A DNA stretch of 64,000 nt. It comes from Eledone cirrhosa (lineage: Eukaryota). The DNA is taken from NCBI GenBank assembly GCA_964016885.1, contig OZ024747.1, positions 12,214,001 through 12,278,000 on the forward strand, read 5' to 3'. The notes under the pieces are model-generated. The model ran no database searches. It worked only from the letters and a program-made list of their open reading frames with translations, and had not been told where the DNA came from. Shown in pieces: positions 41,058 through 54,051 of the stretch (positions are counted from its first letter, which is position 1; every line of letters begins with the position of its first letter). The translations under genes and the position numbers were made by a program.

Positions 41058-41354
41058 GTTGTTATTTCTGCTTGCATTTTGCATATATCTATATATATGC
41101 TTGCGTGGACCCCTCTCAAAAATTCGTTGGATTTTCTAATTGGATACCCTAACACTGGATACCAACACTGAATACACCTGAACTTCTACCAGGAAATCTT
41201 TCGTTGTCATTTCTGCTTGCATTTTACATATATAGATATATATATCAATGGTTGCGTGGACCCCTCTTAAAGATTCGTTGGATTTTCTAATTGGATACCC
41301 CGAAACTGGATACCAATTACTGAATACACCTGAACTTCTACCAGGAAATCTTTC
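41058..41354. repeat. Tandem direct duplication of a ~145-152-bp complex sequence
   Basis: Copies at 41058-41202 and 41203-41354, both ending GAATACACCTGAACTTCTACCAGGAAATCTTTC. Confidence 0.9.
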
Positions 41355-42260
41355 ATATCAGTGAAAATTTTCTTTTCTTTGCTTCATATATATATATTAT
41401 ATATACTTGTCCGCCATTGCAAAAGGCCATCAATTCAAAATTTTGAAGAGAGAGGAAAAGAGAGAAGTGATCTATGAACTTGTAACATCTCACTGACCCC
41501 CCCCCCCCGTCACCACACTAACAATAACGCCTCCACTCGCTCTCCACCATCACCACATTACTCTAAGGTCGCTGTCCTGTCCCCTGTTGACATACTGCTG
41601 ACTCTCTTTTGATGTATGTATGTGTATATACATATGTGTATGTGTGTGTATATGTATATCTCAGTGGATGCGACCAGATTTCAACACAGCAACAACTACA
41701 ACAACAACAGCAGCAACACCAACAACAACAACAACAACAGCAACAACACCATCGTCTGTGTTGAATGTGTGTGTATGTATTTGTATATATGCGACAGCAA
41801 TAACAGCATCAACACCATTGTCTGCAGCAACAGCAGCAGTGAAATGAAGGACAACAACAACAGTAACAACTACAATAACAACTACAGCACCAACAACTGC
41901 CACCACCATCACTGACCATCCACCACCACCACGCTGATACCATCCACCACCACCACACTGACACCATCCACCACCGCCATTACCAGCGTAAACAAACAAT
42001 TATTATTGTTATTGTTATTATATACAAGCCGAACTGGACTGGGAAAGGTCAACAGTTGACATGATAGTGATTTTGACGATTTTGATTTTGATTTTGATTT
42101 TGACTTTGATTTTTATTTTGTATCAGTACTGTCGGTAATATATGTATATATATATATGTTTGTGAGTGGTGTGCGTGATTGTATGCATGAATGAGTGTTG
42201 GTATGTGTGGTTGTGGTTTGTATGCATGAGTATTAGTGTGTGAGTCGTGTCAATAAGTTT

Positions 42261-42294
<34 letters not shown>

Positions 42295-42297
<3 letters not shown>

Positions 42298-45200
42298 GAC
42301 CATGCTGTAAAATGGAGGGGTAGAGAGGGCCCTTGAGTCTAGTAAGACATCCTCTCTAGTGCTGGTGGCACAAATAAAAGCACCCAGTCCATGCTGTAAA
42401 GTGGCGCTGGTGTTAGGAAGGGCATCCAACCAGTGTATCAATGCCAAAAAGCTTATCAGCACAGCAACAAAACAGCATAGAAAAATATGAAAACGTCGCA
42501 TCTCAGAGTTGCAACACTTAATGTTGGCACTCTCAGAGGTAGGTCTGCTGAAATAGCGGAGATGCTGGAGAGAAGGCAGGTGGATGTGTGCTGCGTGCAA
42601 GAGGTGAGATGGAGGGGTGCCTCTGCGAGACTAGTCGTAGGCAAGCGTCTTAGCTATAAGCTATTCTGGGTAGGTAAGGATGATGGGTTAGGGGGAGTAG
42701 GCATTTTCCTGGCTGAGAAATGGATCAATAAGACAATAGAGGTAGTTCGAGTTAGTAATCGAATAATTAAGCTTAGATTAGTTGTAGGTAGGAGACTACT
42801 GACAATCATCTCGGTCTATGCTCCCCAAGCAGGCCTAGGCAAAGATGAGAAAGACTGCTTTTATGAGCAACTTTTGCAAACAACCACAATGACAGAGGAC
42901 GGAGACATCGTTATGCTAGCAGGAGACTTCAATGGTCATGTTGGACAGCTCCAGGATGGTTACACTGGGGTACATGGTGGGCACGGTTACGGTTCAAGAA
43001 ATGAAGAAGGAGTGAGACTTCTTGAATTTTGTGATGCAAGTACATTGACTATTTGCAACACAAACTTCCAGAAACCTGCCAATCACCTAATAACCTACAA
43101 ATCTGGTGAGCACATAAGCCAGATTGACTTCCTGCTAGTTAGGCAGCGGGACAGGCAGATAGTGTCTAATACCAAGGCATACCCTGGGGAAGAATGTACC
43201 CCACAGCATAGGTTAGTTGTTAGTGATATCTCAGTAAGCAAGAGATGGAATGAGACATATAGGAAGGTGTGGAGAAGAAAGGTCTGGAAGCTAAAAGACC
43301 TTTCACTAAAATTCAAATTTAGGAAAGCCCTTCAAGATGTATATGACGAAAAAGAAGACGATTTAGAGACGTATGACATAGATAATAACTGGAAGTTCTT
43401 ACGTGACAACTTGCTGAAGGCTACTGATGAAACCTGTGGCTGGAGCAGAGCTCCAACCAGACAGAGAGTGACCTGGTGGTGGAACAGCAGTGTAGATAAG
43501 GCTATTAGAGACAAAAGACTAGCATGGAAGGCTTGGAATAAGGGTGGGAGTAGGGAAGAATATACAGCCACTAAGAGAGAAGCTAGACGTCAGGTGTACT
43601 TAGCACGCAGGGAGGCAGAGAGTAGGAGGTTTGCCAATGTTCTGCGACGGGAAGATCAGAGGCGTGCGGTGTTCCACATTGCAAGGCAGTGTGTCAATGC
43701 AAATCAGGATGTTGTTGGTGATAAATGTGTCCGGGATGATGCCGGTGTACTTAGTGTCACGAATGACCAGAAAAAGGAGGCCTGGAAATGTCATTATGAG
43801 AGACTGATGAATGTGGAGAACGAATGGGAGAGAGAGAAATTACCCTTGGTAGATCCGACAGAGGGACCAGCTATTGAGATTGACGAATATAGGGTCCAAG
43901 AGGCGATTAGGGAAATGAAAAATGGTAAGGCGGCCGGACCATCGGGAATAGTTGCTGAGATGCTGAAGGCATCAGGGGACATAGGCACTAAACTGGTTGC
44001 ACGCATAATCAATCAGGCTATATATGGTGGTGTCATACCCAAAGACTGGTGCAGCAGTATTCTCATAAATTGCTACAAAGGTAAAGGGGATGCTTTGGAG
44101 AGGAGCAATTATAGGGGTATAAAACTGATAGATCAGGTTATGAAAGTGGCAGAAAGGATTCTAGCACAACTAATTAGAGAAAGGGTCAAACTAGATGAGA
44201 TGCAGTTTGGTTTTGTGCCTGGGAAGAGTACAACAGATGCCCTCTTCTTGGTGAGACAAATGCAAGAGAGGTTCTTAGAGAAGAATAAGCCACTATACTT
44301 AGCCTTTGTTGACCTAGAGAAGGCCTTTGATAGGGTACCCCGATCTGTCATCTGGTGGTCCCTAAGGAAGCTGGGTGTTGAGGAATGGCTTGTAAGGACA
44401 GTGCAAACTTTGTACAGAGGTACTCTCAGTAAAGTCAGGGTAGGAATGGAGTTTAGTGAGGAATTCCAGATACAAGTAGGAGTACATCAGGGTTCGGTCC
44501 TCAGCCCGCTCTTGTTCATTATAGTCCTCCAAGCCATAACAGAGGAGTTTAAGACTGGCTGTCCATGGGAACTTCTCTATGCTGACGATCTGGCTCTTAT
44601 GGCAGAATCAGTAGAGGAGCTAGAGAATAAATTCCGGCTATGGAAACAGCAGTTGGAAGCAAGAGGACTGAGAGTAAATCTAGCTAAGACAAAAGTGTTG
44701 ATGAGTAGAAAAGAGGACAAAACCCTGATTCCGTCAGGGAAATGGCCATGTTCGATATGCAGAAAAGGAACTGGCATAAATTCTATAAAATGCACACAAT
44801 GTAGGTCCTGGGTACACAAGAGATGTAGCGGGATAGCAGGCAAACTAACAGGTAGGGAGAAATATGTATGCAGTAGATGTACAGGGAAATTAGACAGTAG
44901 AAGTCGCACTGATAGACACATTTTTCAAATGCGAGAGGGCGCTATAGAAGTGGTGGATAGCTTCCGGTACCTAGGAGATCAGATTAGCATGGGAGGAGGG
45001 TGTTCCGAGGCCATAGTATCTAGAATAAGGACGGGTTGGAAGAAGTTTAGGGAGCTGCTTCCTCTGTTGACGAAGAAGGGTTTCTCCCTGCGTACGAAAG
45101 GCCGGTTGTATGATGCCTGTGTGAGGAGCGCGATGCTGCATGGTAGTGAGACATGGGCAGCTACCGTAGAAGATATGCGACGGCTGGAGAGAAATGAGGC

Positions 45201-45587
45201 AAGCATGCTCCGTTGGATGTGCAGTGTAAATGTGCGTGAACGACCCAGCATAAATGTGTTGAGAGAGAAACTCTGTCTGAGAGGGATAGAATGTAGTGTA
45301 CGGGAGAGGAGACTGAGGTGGTATGGACATGTGATGCGCATGGAGGATGACCGATGGGTGAAGAAGTGCCAGGAAATGCCAGTTGAAGGAAGACGTGGTA
45401 GAGGTAGACCACGAAAAACATGGGCGGAGGTGGTGAGAACAGACCTCAGATCATTGAAGCTCACGGTGGAGATGACGAGGGAGCGTGACGAGTGGAGAGA
45501 TGCTGTGCTGAATAAGACCCGTCCCACCCTTGCAAGCAGGGAAAAGCGGACGTAAAATGATGATGATGATGAAATGATGATGATGAT
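42295..45587 (+). mobile_element. Near full-length RTE non-LTR retrotransposon, antisense to afadin (5' boundary uncertain)
   Basis: Single ORF; RTE-type 5' UTR motif TGGTGTTAGGAAGGGCATCC (~42408-42427); short (TGA)n tail directly after the stop codon. Confidence 0.9.
42487..45555 (+). CDS. Intact RTE-clade LINE ORF: APE endonuclease + reverse transcriptase with inserted PHD finger
   Basis: 1022 aa with no stops. APE motifs TLNVGTL, CVQEVRW, SVYAPQ, GDFNGHVG, IDF, QHRLV. RT motifs NYRGIKL, QFGF, AFVDLEKAFDRV, GVHQGSVLSPLLF, LYADD, FRYLG. RTE-type C-terminus LRWYGHVMR..RGRPRKTW. Confidence 0.97.
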   Translation: MKTSHLRVATLNVGTLRGRSAEIAEMLERRQVDVCCVQEVRWRGASARLVVGKRLSYKLFWVGKDDGLGGVGIFLAEKWINKTIEVVRVSNRIIKLRLVVGRRLLTIISVYAPQAGLGKDEKDCFYEQLLQTTTMTEDGDIVMLAGDFNGHVGQLQDGYTGVHGGHGYGSRNEEGVRLLEFCDASTLTICNTNFQKPANHLITYKSGEHISQIDFLLVRQRDRQIVSNTKAYPGEECTPQHRLVVSDISVSKRWNETYRKVWRRKVWKLKDLSLKFKFRKALQDVYDEKEDDLETYDIDNNWKFLRDNLLKATDETCGWSRAPTRQRVTWWWNSSVDKAIRDKRLAWKAWNKGGSREEYTATKREARRQVYLARREAESRRFANVLRREDQRRAVFHIARQCVNANQDVVGDKCVRDDAGVLSVTNDQKKEAWKCHYERLMNVENEWEREKLPLVDPTEGPAIEIDEYRVQEAIREMKNGKAAGPSGIVAEMLKASGDIGTKLVARIINQAIYGGVIPKDWCSSILINCYKGKGDALERSNYRGIKLIDQVMKVAERILAQLIRERVKLDEMQFGFVPGKSTTDALFLVRQMQERFLEKNKPLYLAFVDLEKAFDRVPRSVIWWSLRKLGVEEWLVRTVQTLYRGTLSKVRVGMEFSEEFQIQVGVHQGSVLSPLLFIIVLQAITEEFKTGCPWELLYADDLALMAESVEELENKFRLWKQQLEARGLRVNLAKTKVLMSRKEDKTLIPSGKWPCSICRKGTGINSIKCTQCRSWVHKRCSGIAGKLTGREKYVCSRCTGKLDSRSRTDRHIFQMREGAIEVVDSFRYLGDQISMGGGCSEAIVSRIRTGWKKFRELLPLLTKKGFSLRTKGRLYDACVRSAMLHGSETWAATVEDMRRLERNEASMLRWMCSVNVRERPSINVLREKLCLRGIECSVRERRLRWYGHVMRMEDDRWVKKCQEMPVEGRRGRGRPRKTWAEVVRTDLRSLKLTVEMTRERDEWRDAVLNKTRPTLASREKRT

Positions 45588-46085
45588 AGATATATATATT
45601 TTATTTATTTATTTATTTATTTATTTATTACAAATTTATTTATTTATTACAAATTTATTTATTTATTTATTATTTATTACAAATTTATTTATTTATTACA
45701 AAGTTTCTTCACATTCTTGATTATTTGAAAATCATAGGCAGTGTTTTTTATTTAAAATATGGTAAGGAAAAGGACACGAGATAATTTAATCTGGGAGTTC
45801 ACACTATATACGGAAAAAATGGGAAGGTCATGGCTGGAAACAAAGATGGTCACAATTAGAATGTCTTTGATTTTAGGTCTGCTCAATCAGGATCAACTTG
45901 GGGTTAAACACCAACAGCACACATACTATTTCCAGTTATTATAACTACAGACACCACCACCCAATACAACAACTGCACACACACAAGCACGCACGCACAC
46001 ACACACGCCTTAACTAAGGACCTGCTACATCGTTACTCATCCTGCTAAAAATAGCAGACAAATCTACTATCTTTAAATGTTAGAT

Positions 46086-46410
46086 ATAGCTTTGGATTTG
46101 CAAAATCAGTAGAGCACCGGTCACCATGCTTTGCAGCATAGAGTTACGGCCCTTTACAGTCTGAGTTCAAATCGTGCCGAGGTTAGCTTTGCCTTTCATC
46201 CTTATGGGGGGGGGGGGGGGGGGGTCAATAAAATAAAGCACCAGTAATACACTGAGGTCAATTTAATCGACTTTCCCATTCCCTCCAAATTACTGGCCTT
46301 GTTAAATCCTGCCGAGGTTAACTGTCTTTCATCCTTACGAGGTCAATAAAATATAGTACCAGTAATGCACTGGGTAATTGCTGGCCTTGTGCCAAAAGTA
46401 GAAACAATTA
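46086..46410 (+). mobile_element. Tandem pair of Meta-like SINE copies, the first with a G19 expansion
   Basis: B box GTTCAAATC; core present twice; G run at 46206-46224. Confidence 0.8.
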
Positions 46411-47726
46411 TTATATCATAGAACCAGGGTGAGGCAAGGAGAAAGGCCTCACCATCATATATTGCTCATAACACATCTAAAACTAACAAGCTTCATGACC
46501 AAGTAAGAATAAAAAACAAAAAATGAACTCCACTCTTCCACTCCACCACCACCCTTCCACTCCACCCTTCCACTCCACCCGAAACAAACCCATAAAAAGA
46601 TGCTGTAAAGAAATTTGGTCTTGTGTAGGAGTTAAAGTATGTAATACTGACTACAGCTGTTAATGAGAGTTTGAGTGAGAGATAAGGAGAGAGTGAGTGA
46701 GTGAGAGAGAGTGAGTGAGAGAGAGAGAGTGAGTGAGAGAGAGAGAGTGAGTGAGAGAGAGAGAGTGAGAGAGTGAGAGAGAGAGAGAGTGAGAGTGAGT
46801 GAGAGTGAAAGAGAGAAATGGCAGCTTGTAACTGGCGTCTGAAGTGTGTCTCAATGAGAAAATGTACCTACCCTCCTCACCACCTACTGTACTATGTAAC
46901 CAAGACACGTACATATACATATATATATATATACTGTATTATGTAGACAACATATACACACACATCAAGCCCTTGAACACCACCCCACCATCCATAACCC
47001 CCCCCCCATCTCTCTACTACAGCAACTATAAGTAGAGTTTTTTCACAATTAGTAACATTTGGTTTCAGTTTAGAACTAAATTAATCCCAAACACCACCAC
47101 CAACACCACTGCCACCACCACTGCCTCAAACACCACCACCAACACCACCGCCTCAAACACCACCACCAACACCACTGCCACCACCACCACAAACACCACT
47201 GCCACCACCACCACCACCACTGCCTCAAACACCACCACCAACACCACTGCCACCACTGCCTCAAACACCACCACCACCGCTACCACCACCAGGCCTAACT
47301 ACTAGAAATTCATTGAGAAAATTAATGGAGAAACATGTTTTGAATAACCAACAATTCTGTGAAAGTCAGAAACTGAAGAACTTAGAAATATTTAGAAGTG
47401 TTGTGTGTGTGTATGAGTGAGTGAGTGTGTATAAGTGTGTGTGTGTGTGTGAGTGTGTGTATGAGTGAGTGAGTGTGTATAAGTGAGTGTGTGTATGTGA
47501 GTGAGTGTGTGAGTGTGTATGAATGAGTGCATATAAGTGTGAGTGTGTGTATATGTGTGTGTGAGTGAGTGAGTGTGAGTGTGTATGAATCTGTGTATAT
47601 GTGTGTGTGTGAGTGTGTGTATGAATCTGTATATGTGTGAGTGTGTGTATGAATGAGTGTATATGTGTGAGTGTGTGTATGAATGAGTGTATGTGTGAGT
47701 GAGTGAGTGTGTATAAGTGTGTATAA

Positions 47727-47849
<123 letters not shown>

Positions 47850-48957
47850 TGTAGATGACCAAGTTGATATATATTACTCAATGAAACATGGGATGCCAGC
47901 TACTCAAAGCTAGCACAGATAATACTCCCAAATACATCTACAGTAAAACTACCTCATGGCAGCCTCATATTGGCCCACACAAAACTACCCCACTCCAACC
48001 TAACACATTCCATTATGTCCACTCCACCACATCCTAATGTGACCCTCAGCCAGACAAATATTTGCTAGATCTGTGCAAGAGACTTTGGCTTCAGGACTAC
48101 CGATGTACTGGAGGTTTACTCAAGAAGAGCTGATTAAACAACCACAACATCCACATCAACATCAACATCAATTAGTTAAAGAGTGACAAGTTCTACCTGA
48201 ACACTGACACCGCATAGCATCCATAATGAAAGATAACCATTTTATGACTACATTTCAGTCTAATGGTTAAAATGTTAACATAATCAAAGATAACCGTTTC
48301 ATTACTATATTTCAATCTAATAGTTAGGATGTCAAACTCTTGATCATAAGCTTTGATTTCTAGATAGGGTGGCCCATTATGTTCTTGAGCAAGACACTAC
48401 ACTTCAACTTAAGACTAGGGCCCCAACAATTAAAACACAAGAACCTCCTATATGATGGAACCTTGTCGGAGACTAGTTAAACTTAAATAGGTGCAAGCTT
48501 TAACTTGCCTTTTCTTATAAAATACATTGTATATCAATTAATTAATAAAGAATTTGGAAAGATTTACTAAAATCTTTAATTATTTAATGACTAAGATCGT
48601 AACTTAACATAGTTCTTATATACATGTTATATTGGAAGATATTAATTTAAATAGGAACCCTTTAAAATGGGTGGTTTTGATTAATAAAACCAGATATGGT
48701 TTTGGCAAGGTTAGTGTCAAAAGGGTTAACTCTCAATAGCCCAGTCTACTTAGCTGTCAATAGGTAAACATGATACAAAGTGAGACATGGCTTCCAGTCT
48801 GTCTAAGAGTACAGCAGTTACAATTAAATACTGACAACGTCCTGTAATCCGCTGTCCAGCCCATGCCAGCATGGAAGAACAGATGTTAAATGATAACATA
48901 TCTATATTTCATATGTTTATATATATGTTAGCATCTTTAAGGGTGCTGTGTTATATA

Positions 48958-49082
<125 letters not shown>

Positions 49083-49454
49083 GCATGTTATATAATGTGT
49101 ATAAGTGTAGTGTTATATAATGATGTATATATATATGTGTGCGTGTATGTTGTGTGTTATATAAGTGTTTGTATGTGCGTTTGTATGTGTGTGTTATGGA
49201 CTGTATAATAATTAGCGCGAGATTGAAACCTACTAGAGACAATCTACACTTATGATAGCAAGTGTAAACACAAAACATCTGACTGCTGTTTACACTGCCA
49301 GCCTCTAGTAGTTACAACTACTACAGCTGCTGTAACTGCTGAAATAGCAACAATCTTGACTTAAGGACACACAGCAGAAGACTATAAAAATGGGGCTTAT
49401 TCTGATATCATATGTACATAGACAGGGTAGATATAGCTAACTGTCCACACACAC

Positions 49455-52245
49455 ACGGCTAACCACCGACATATACGGCTAACCACCGACATATACGGCT
49501 AACCACCGACATATACGGCTAACCACCGACATATACGGCTAACCACCGACATATACGGCTAACCACCGACATATACAGCTAACCACCGACATATACAGCT
49601 AACCACCGACATATACAGCTAACCATCAACATATACAGCTAACCATCAACATATACAGCTAACCACCGACATATACAGCTAACCAACATATACAGCTAAC
49701 CAACATATACAGCTAACCACCGACATATACAGCTAACCAACATATACAGCTAACCACCGACATATACGGCTAACCACCGACATATACAGCTAACCATCAA
49801 CATATACGGCTAACCACCGACATATACGGCTAACCATCAACATATACAGCTAACCACCGACATATACGGCTAACCACCGACATATACGGCTAACCACCGA
49901 CATATACAGCTAACCACCGACATATACAGCTAACCACCGACATATACAGCTAACCATCAACATACACAGCTAACCACCGACATATACAGCTAACCATCAA
50001 CATATACAGCTAACCACCGACATATACGGCTAACCATCGACATATACGGCTAACCATCAACATATACGGCTAACCACCGACATATACAGCTAACCATCGA
50101 CATATACGGCTAACCACCGACATATACGGCTAACCACCGACATATACGGCTAACCATCGACATATACAGCTAACCATCAACATATACAGCTAACCATCGA
50201 CATATACAGCTAACCATCGACATATACGGCTAACCATCAACATATACGGCTAACCATCGACATATACGGCTAACCATCAACATATACGTCTAACCATCGA
50301 CATATACAGCTAACCATCGACATATACAGCTAACCATCGACATATACAGCTAACCATCGACATATACGGCTAACCATCAACATATACAGCTAACCATCGA
50401 CATATACAGCTAACCATCGACATATACGGCTAACCATCAACATATACAGCTAACCATCGACATATACAGCTAACCATCGACATATACCGCTAACCATCAA
50501 CATATACAGCTAACCATCAACATATACGGCTAACCATCGACATATACAGCTAACCATCGACATATACGGCTAACCATCAACATATACAGCTAACCATCGA
50601 CATATACAGCTAACCATCGACATATACGGCTAACCATCAACATATACAGCTAACCATCGACATATACAGCTAACCAACATATACAGCTAACCACCGACAT
50701 ATACGGCTAACCACCGACATATACAGCTAACCATCAACATATACGGCTAACCACCGACATATACGGCTAACCATCAACATATACAGCTAACCACCGACAT
50801 ATACGGCTAACCACCGACATATACGGCTAACCACCGACATATACAGCTAACCACCGACATATACAGCTAACCACCGACATATACAGCTAACCATCAACAT
50901 ACACAGCTAACCACCGACATATACAGCTAACCATCAACATATACAGCTAACCACCGACATATACGGCTAACCATCGACATATACGGCTAACCATCAACAT
51001 ATACGGCTAACCACCGACATATACAGCTAACCATCGACATATACGGCTAACCACCGACATATACGGCTAACCACCGACATATACGGCTAACCATCGACAT
51101 ATACAGCTAACCATCAACATATACAGCTAACCATCGACATATACAGCTAACCATCGACATATACGGCTAACCATCAACATATACGGCTAACCATCGACAT
51201 ATACGGCTAACCATCAACATATACGTCTAACCATCGACATATACAGCTAACCATCGACATATACAGCTAACCATCGACATATACAGCTAACCATCGACAT
51301 ATACGGCTAACCATCAACATATACAGCTAACCATCGACATATACAGCTAACCATCGACATATACGGCTAACCATCAACATATACAGCTAACCATCGACAT
51401 ATACAGCTAACCATCGACATATACCGCTAACCATCAACATATACAGCTAACCATCAACATATACGGCTAACCATCGACATATACAGCTAACCATCGACAT
51501 ATACGGCTAACCATCAACATATACAGCTAACCATCGACATATACAGCTAACCATCGACATATACAGCTAACCATCGACATATACGGCTAACCATCGACAT
51601 ATACGGCTAACCATCGACATATACGGCTAACCATCAACATATACGGCTAACCATCAACATATACGGCTAACCATCAACATATACGGCTAACCATCAACAT
51701 ATACGGCTAACCATCAACATATACGGCTAACCATCGACATACGGCTAACCATCAACATATACGGCTAACCATCAACATATACGGCTAACCATCAACATAT
51801 ACGGCTAACCATCGGCATATACGGCTAACCATCGGCATATACGGCTAACCATCAACATATACGGCTAACCATCGACATATACGGCTAACCATCGACATAT
51901 ACGGCTAACCATCGACATATACGGCTAACCATCGACATATACGGCTAACCATCGACATATACGGCTAACCATCGACATATACGGCTAACCATCGACATAT
52001 ACGGCTAACCATCAACATATACGGCTAACCATCAACATATACGGCTAACCATCAACATATACGGCTAACCATCAACATATACGGCTAACCATCAACATAT
52101 ACGGCTAACCATCAACATATACGGCTAACCATCAACATATACGGCTAACCATCAACATATACGGCTAACCATCAACATACACAGCTAACCATCAACATAT
52201 ACAGCTAACCATCAACATACACAGCTAACCATCAACATATACAGC
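49455..52245. repeat. 20-bp minisatellite, ~2.8 kb (~140 units)
   Basis: Unit CATATACRGCTAACCAYCRA. Confidence 0.98.
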
Positions 52246-52550
52246 CAGATTTTGGACATCAAAATACAATTAATTTAACTTTGCAAATATTTCAGAATAT
52301 TTTTCTGTATTTTTTTTATATCAAACTATATTTAGAAAACTTCTTAGTGCAGACACAACTTAATGGTCGCGATAATAGAGATGGGTCTCCATTCTTCATT
52401 AAACACATTTCTATCTTGATTGTTATTCAAACTCTGGGGGATTTTTTTGGCTGGAATTTTTATTTAAATAAAAAGGGTGAGAACCATTGGTCTAGAATCA
52501 TTTCTTTAAAAAAAACACCTGACACATAAATAGGGGTTGATATGGGGGCT

Positions 52551-52722
52551 GTGAGGTTGTTGGTTTGATTCCTGGACTGGGCAATGCATTATGTCCTTGA
52601 GCAAGACACTTTATTTCACGTTGCTCCTACCTAGAGTTGCAACTGATAGATAGCATCAGCAATTGGAAAGACCAATGGAAACATTGTTTCCTCAGTCCAA
52701 TTTGACGAAAGTCGATCAACAA
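52551..52722 (+). mobile_element. tRNA-CORE SINE with an alternative (non-RTE) 3' tail
   Basis: B-box-like GTTTGATTCC, CORE GTCCTTGAGCAAGACACTTTATTTCAC, tail GGAAAGACCAATGGAAACATTGTTTCCTC. Related tails occur at ~28995-29060 (+) and ~265-310 (-). Confidence 0.7.
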
Positions 52723-52787
52723 ATTTTTTAACTTCAGTATTGGAGATTATTTTATTCTTCAACGACAGCAACAACAACATTCATTTT

Positions 52788-52980
52788 GGTAGTATCGGTA
52801 GAGGGTCGGACGCCATGCTTTGAAGCATAGAGTTACGTCCCTTTATGATCTGAGTTCAAATCCCGCCGAGGTTAACTTTGCCTTTCATCCTTACGGGGGG
52901 GGGGGGGGGGGGGTCAATAAAATAAAGTACCAGTAATGTACTGGGTAATTGTGGCCTTGTGCCAAACGTAGAAACAATTA
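52788..52980 (+). mobile_element. Meta-like SINE copy with a G19 expansion
   Basis: Family match; G run at 52895-52913. Confidence 0.83.
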
Positions 52981-53216
52981 TTAATACATATATACAGTTG
53001 TATTATATAAAAATAGTTTTGTACACACATACACACAGACAGAGCAGACATTTTGTTTTAGAAATCAGCACACACACACCATTCATCACAAAACACGGAC
53101 CCCACCATGTACACACACACGTAAGCATAGGCCACACCATACACCCCCTCCCATAGATTCCCCCCCCACACACTACCCTCCCCCTCCACCCCCACACCAT
53201 ACATTCCCCTACACAC

Positions 53217-53375
53217 CCCTCCACATACTACTCCCATACCATTCATCCCTCCACATACTACTCCCACACCATTCATCCCTCCACATACTACTCCCACACC
53301 ATTCATCCCTCCACATACTACTCCCACACCATTCATCCCTCCACATACTACTCCCACACCATTCATCCCTCCACA
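53217..53375. repeat. 30-bp minisatellite, ~5 units
   Basis: Unit CCACATACTACTCCCACACCATTCATCCCT. Confidence 0.9.
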
Positions 53376-53786
53376 CACCCTACCATACCACAGTCCCACC
53401 ACATATTTCTCAACATCCCCCTCCACATACTTTCCCCACACCACACATCCCTACACACCCGGAGTTTCTCCAGAAACTGTTTCACTGAAGGAAGATGCTA
53501 TATAGGTTATCAGGTTTCCAATGTGTCAAAATTCAGTAGAGTTGAAAGTACAGCCAAGACTAATGTAGTAAAAGTTGTTGTGTGTTGAAGTACCTCAACT
53601 TGGTAATACTAGATAAACAAGGAAAAGAATGTATGTGGATATATATGTGTGTGGTATGTGAGTGTGTGTGTTATAGTCTTTTACTGGGTTCAGTCATTAG
53701 ATTGCAGCCGTGTTGGAGGTACCTCCACAATTTAATTAATTATATCAGCTCCAGGACTTAGTTTTTGAAGTCAAGTACTTATTTAA

Positions 53787-54051
53787 CCCTTTAGCATTTG
53801 AACCAACCATATCCGGCCAGAATTCTCTCACCTCTTTCTGTTCAAACTGGCCACTGTTACTGATGTTAAGTTCTTAAAATAAATAATATCAATATCTCAG
53901 ATTCAATATTATGTGAGATAATTATATAAGGTAAAGTCTTTACCATGAAAATACAATAGTAAATATAGAGTAATATAAAGGTTATGTGAGATATTATGTG
54001 AGATAAAGCCTTTACCATGAAAAAATATAGAGTAATGTAAATGTTAAAGGG
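53787..54051. mobile_element. piggyBac-like MITE (family A) nested in an older SINE-like repeat
   Basis: TTAA TSDs at 53783-86 and 54052-55; TIR CCCTTTAGCATTT. The flanks join into a repeat also seen at ~19430-19580. Confidence 0.82.

Noticed and set aside
43095-45527. Minus-strand ORFs overlapping the LINE
   Set aside because: Antisense shadows of the RT ORF with no recognizable domains.
47373-47396. CTGAAGA...GAAA hammerhead-like match (also CTGATGA hits at ~24614, ~34337, ~57798)
   Set aside because: No pairing stems I/II or no correctly placed GAAA/NUH; chance matches.
49455-52245. Interstitial telomeric repeat (CTAACC within the unit)
   Set aside because: Only one partial telomere-like hexamer per 20-bp unit, no tandem TTAGGG/TTAGG.
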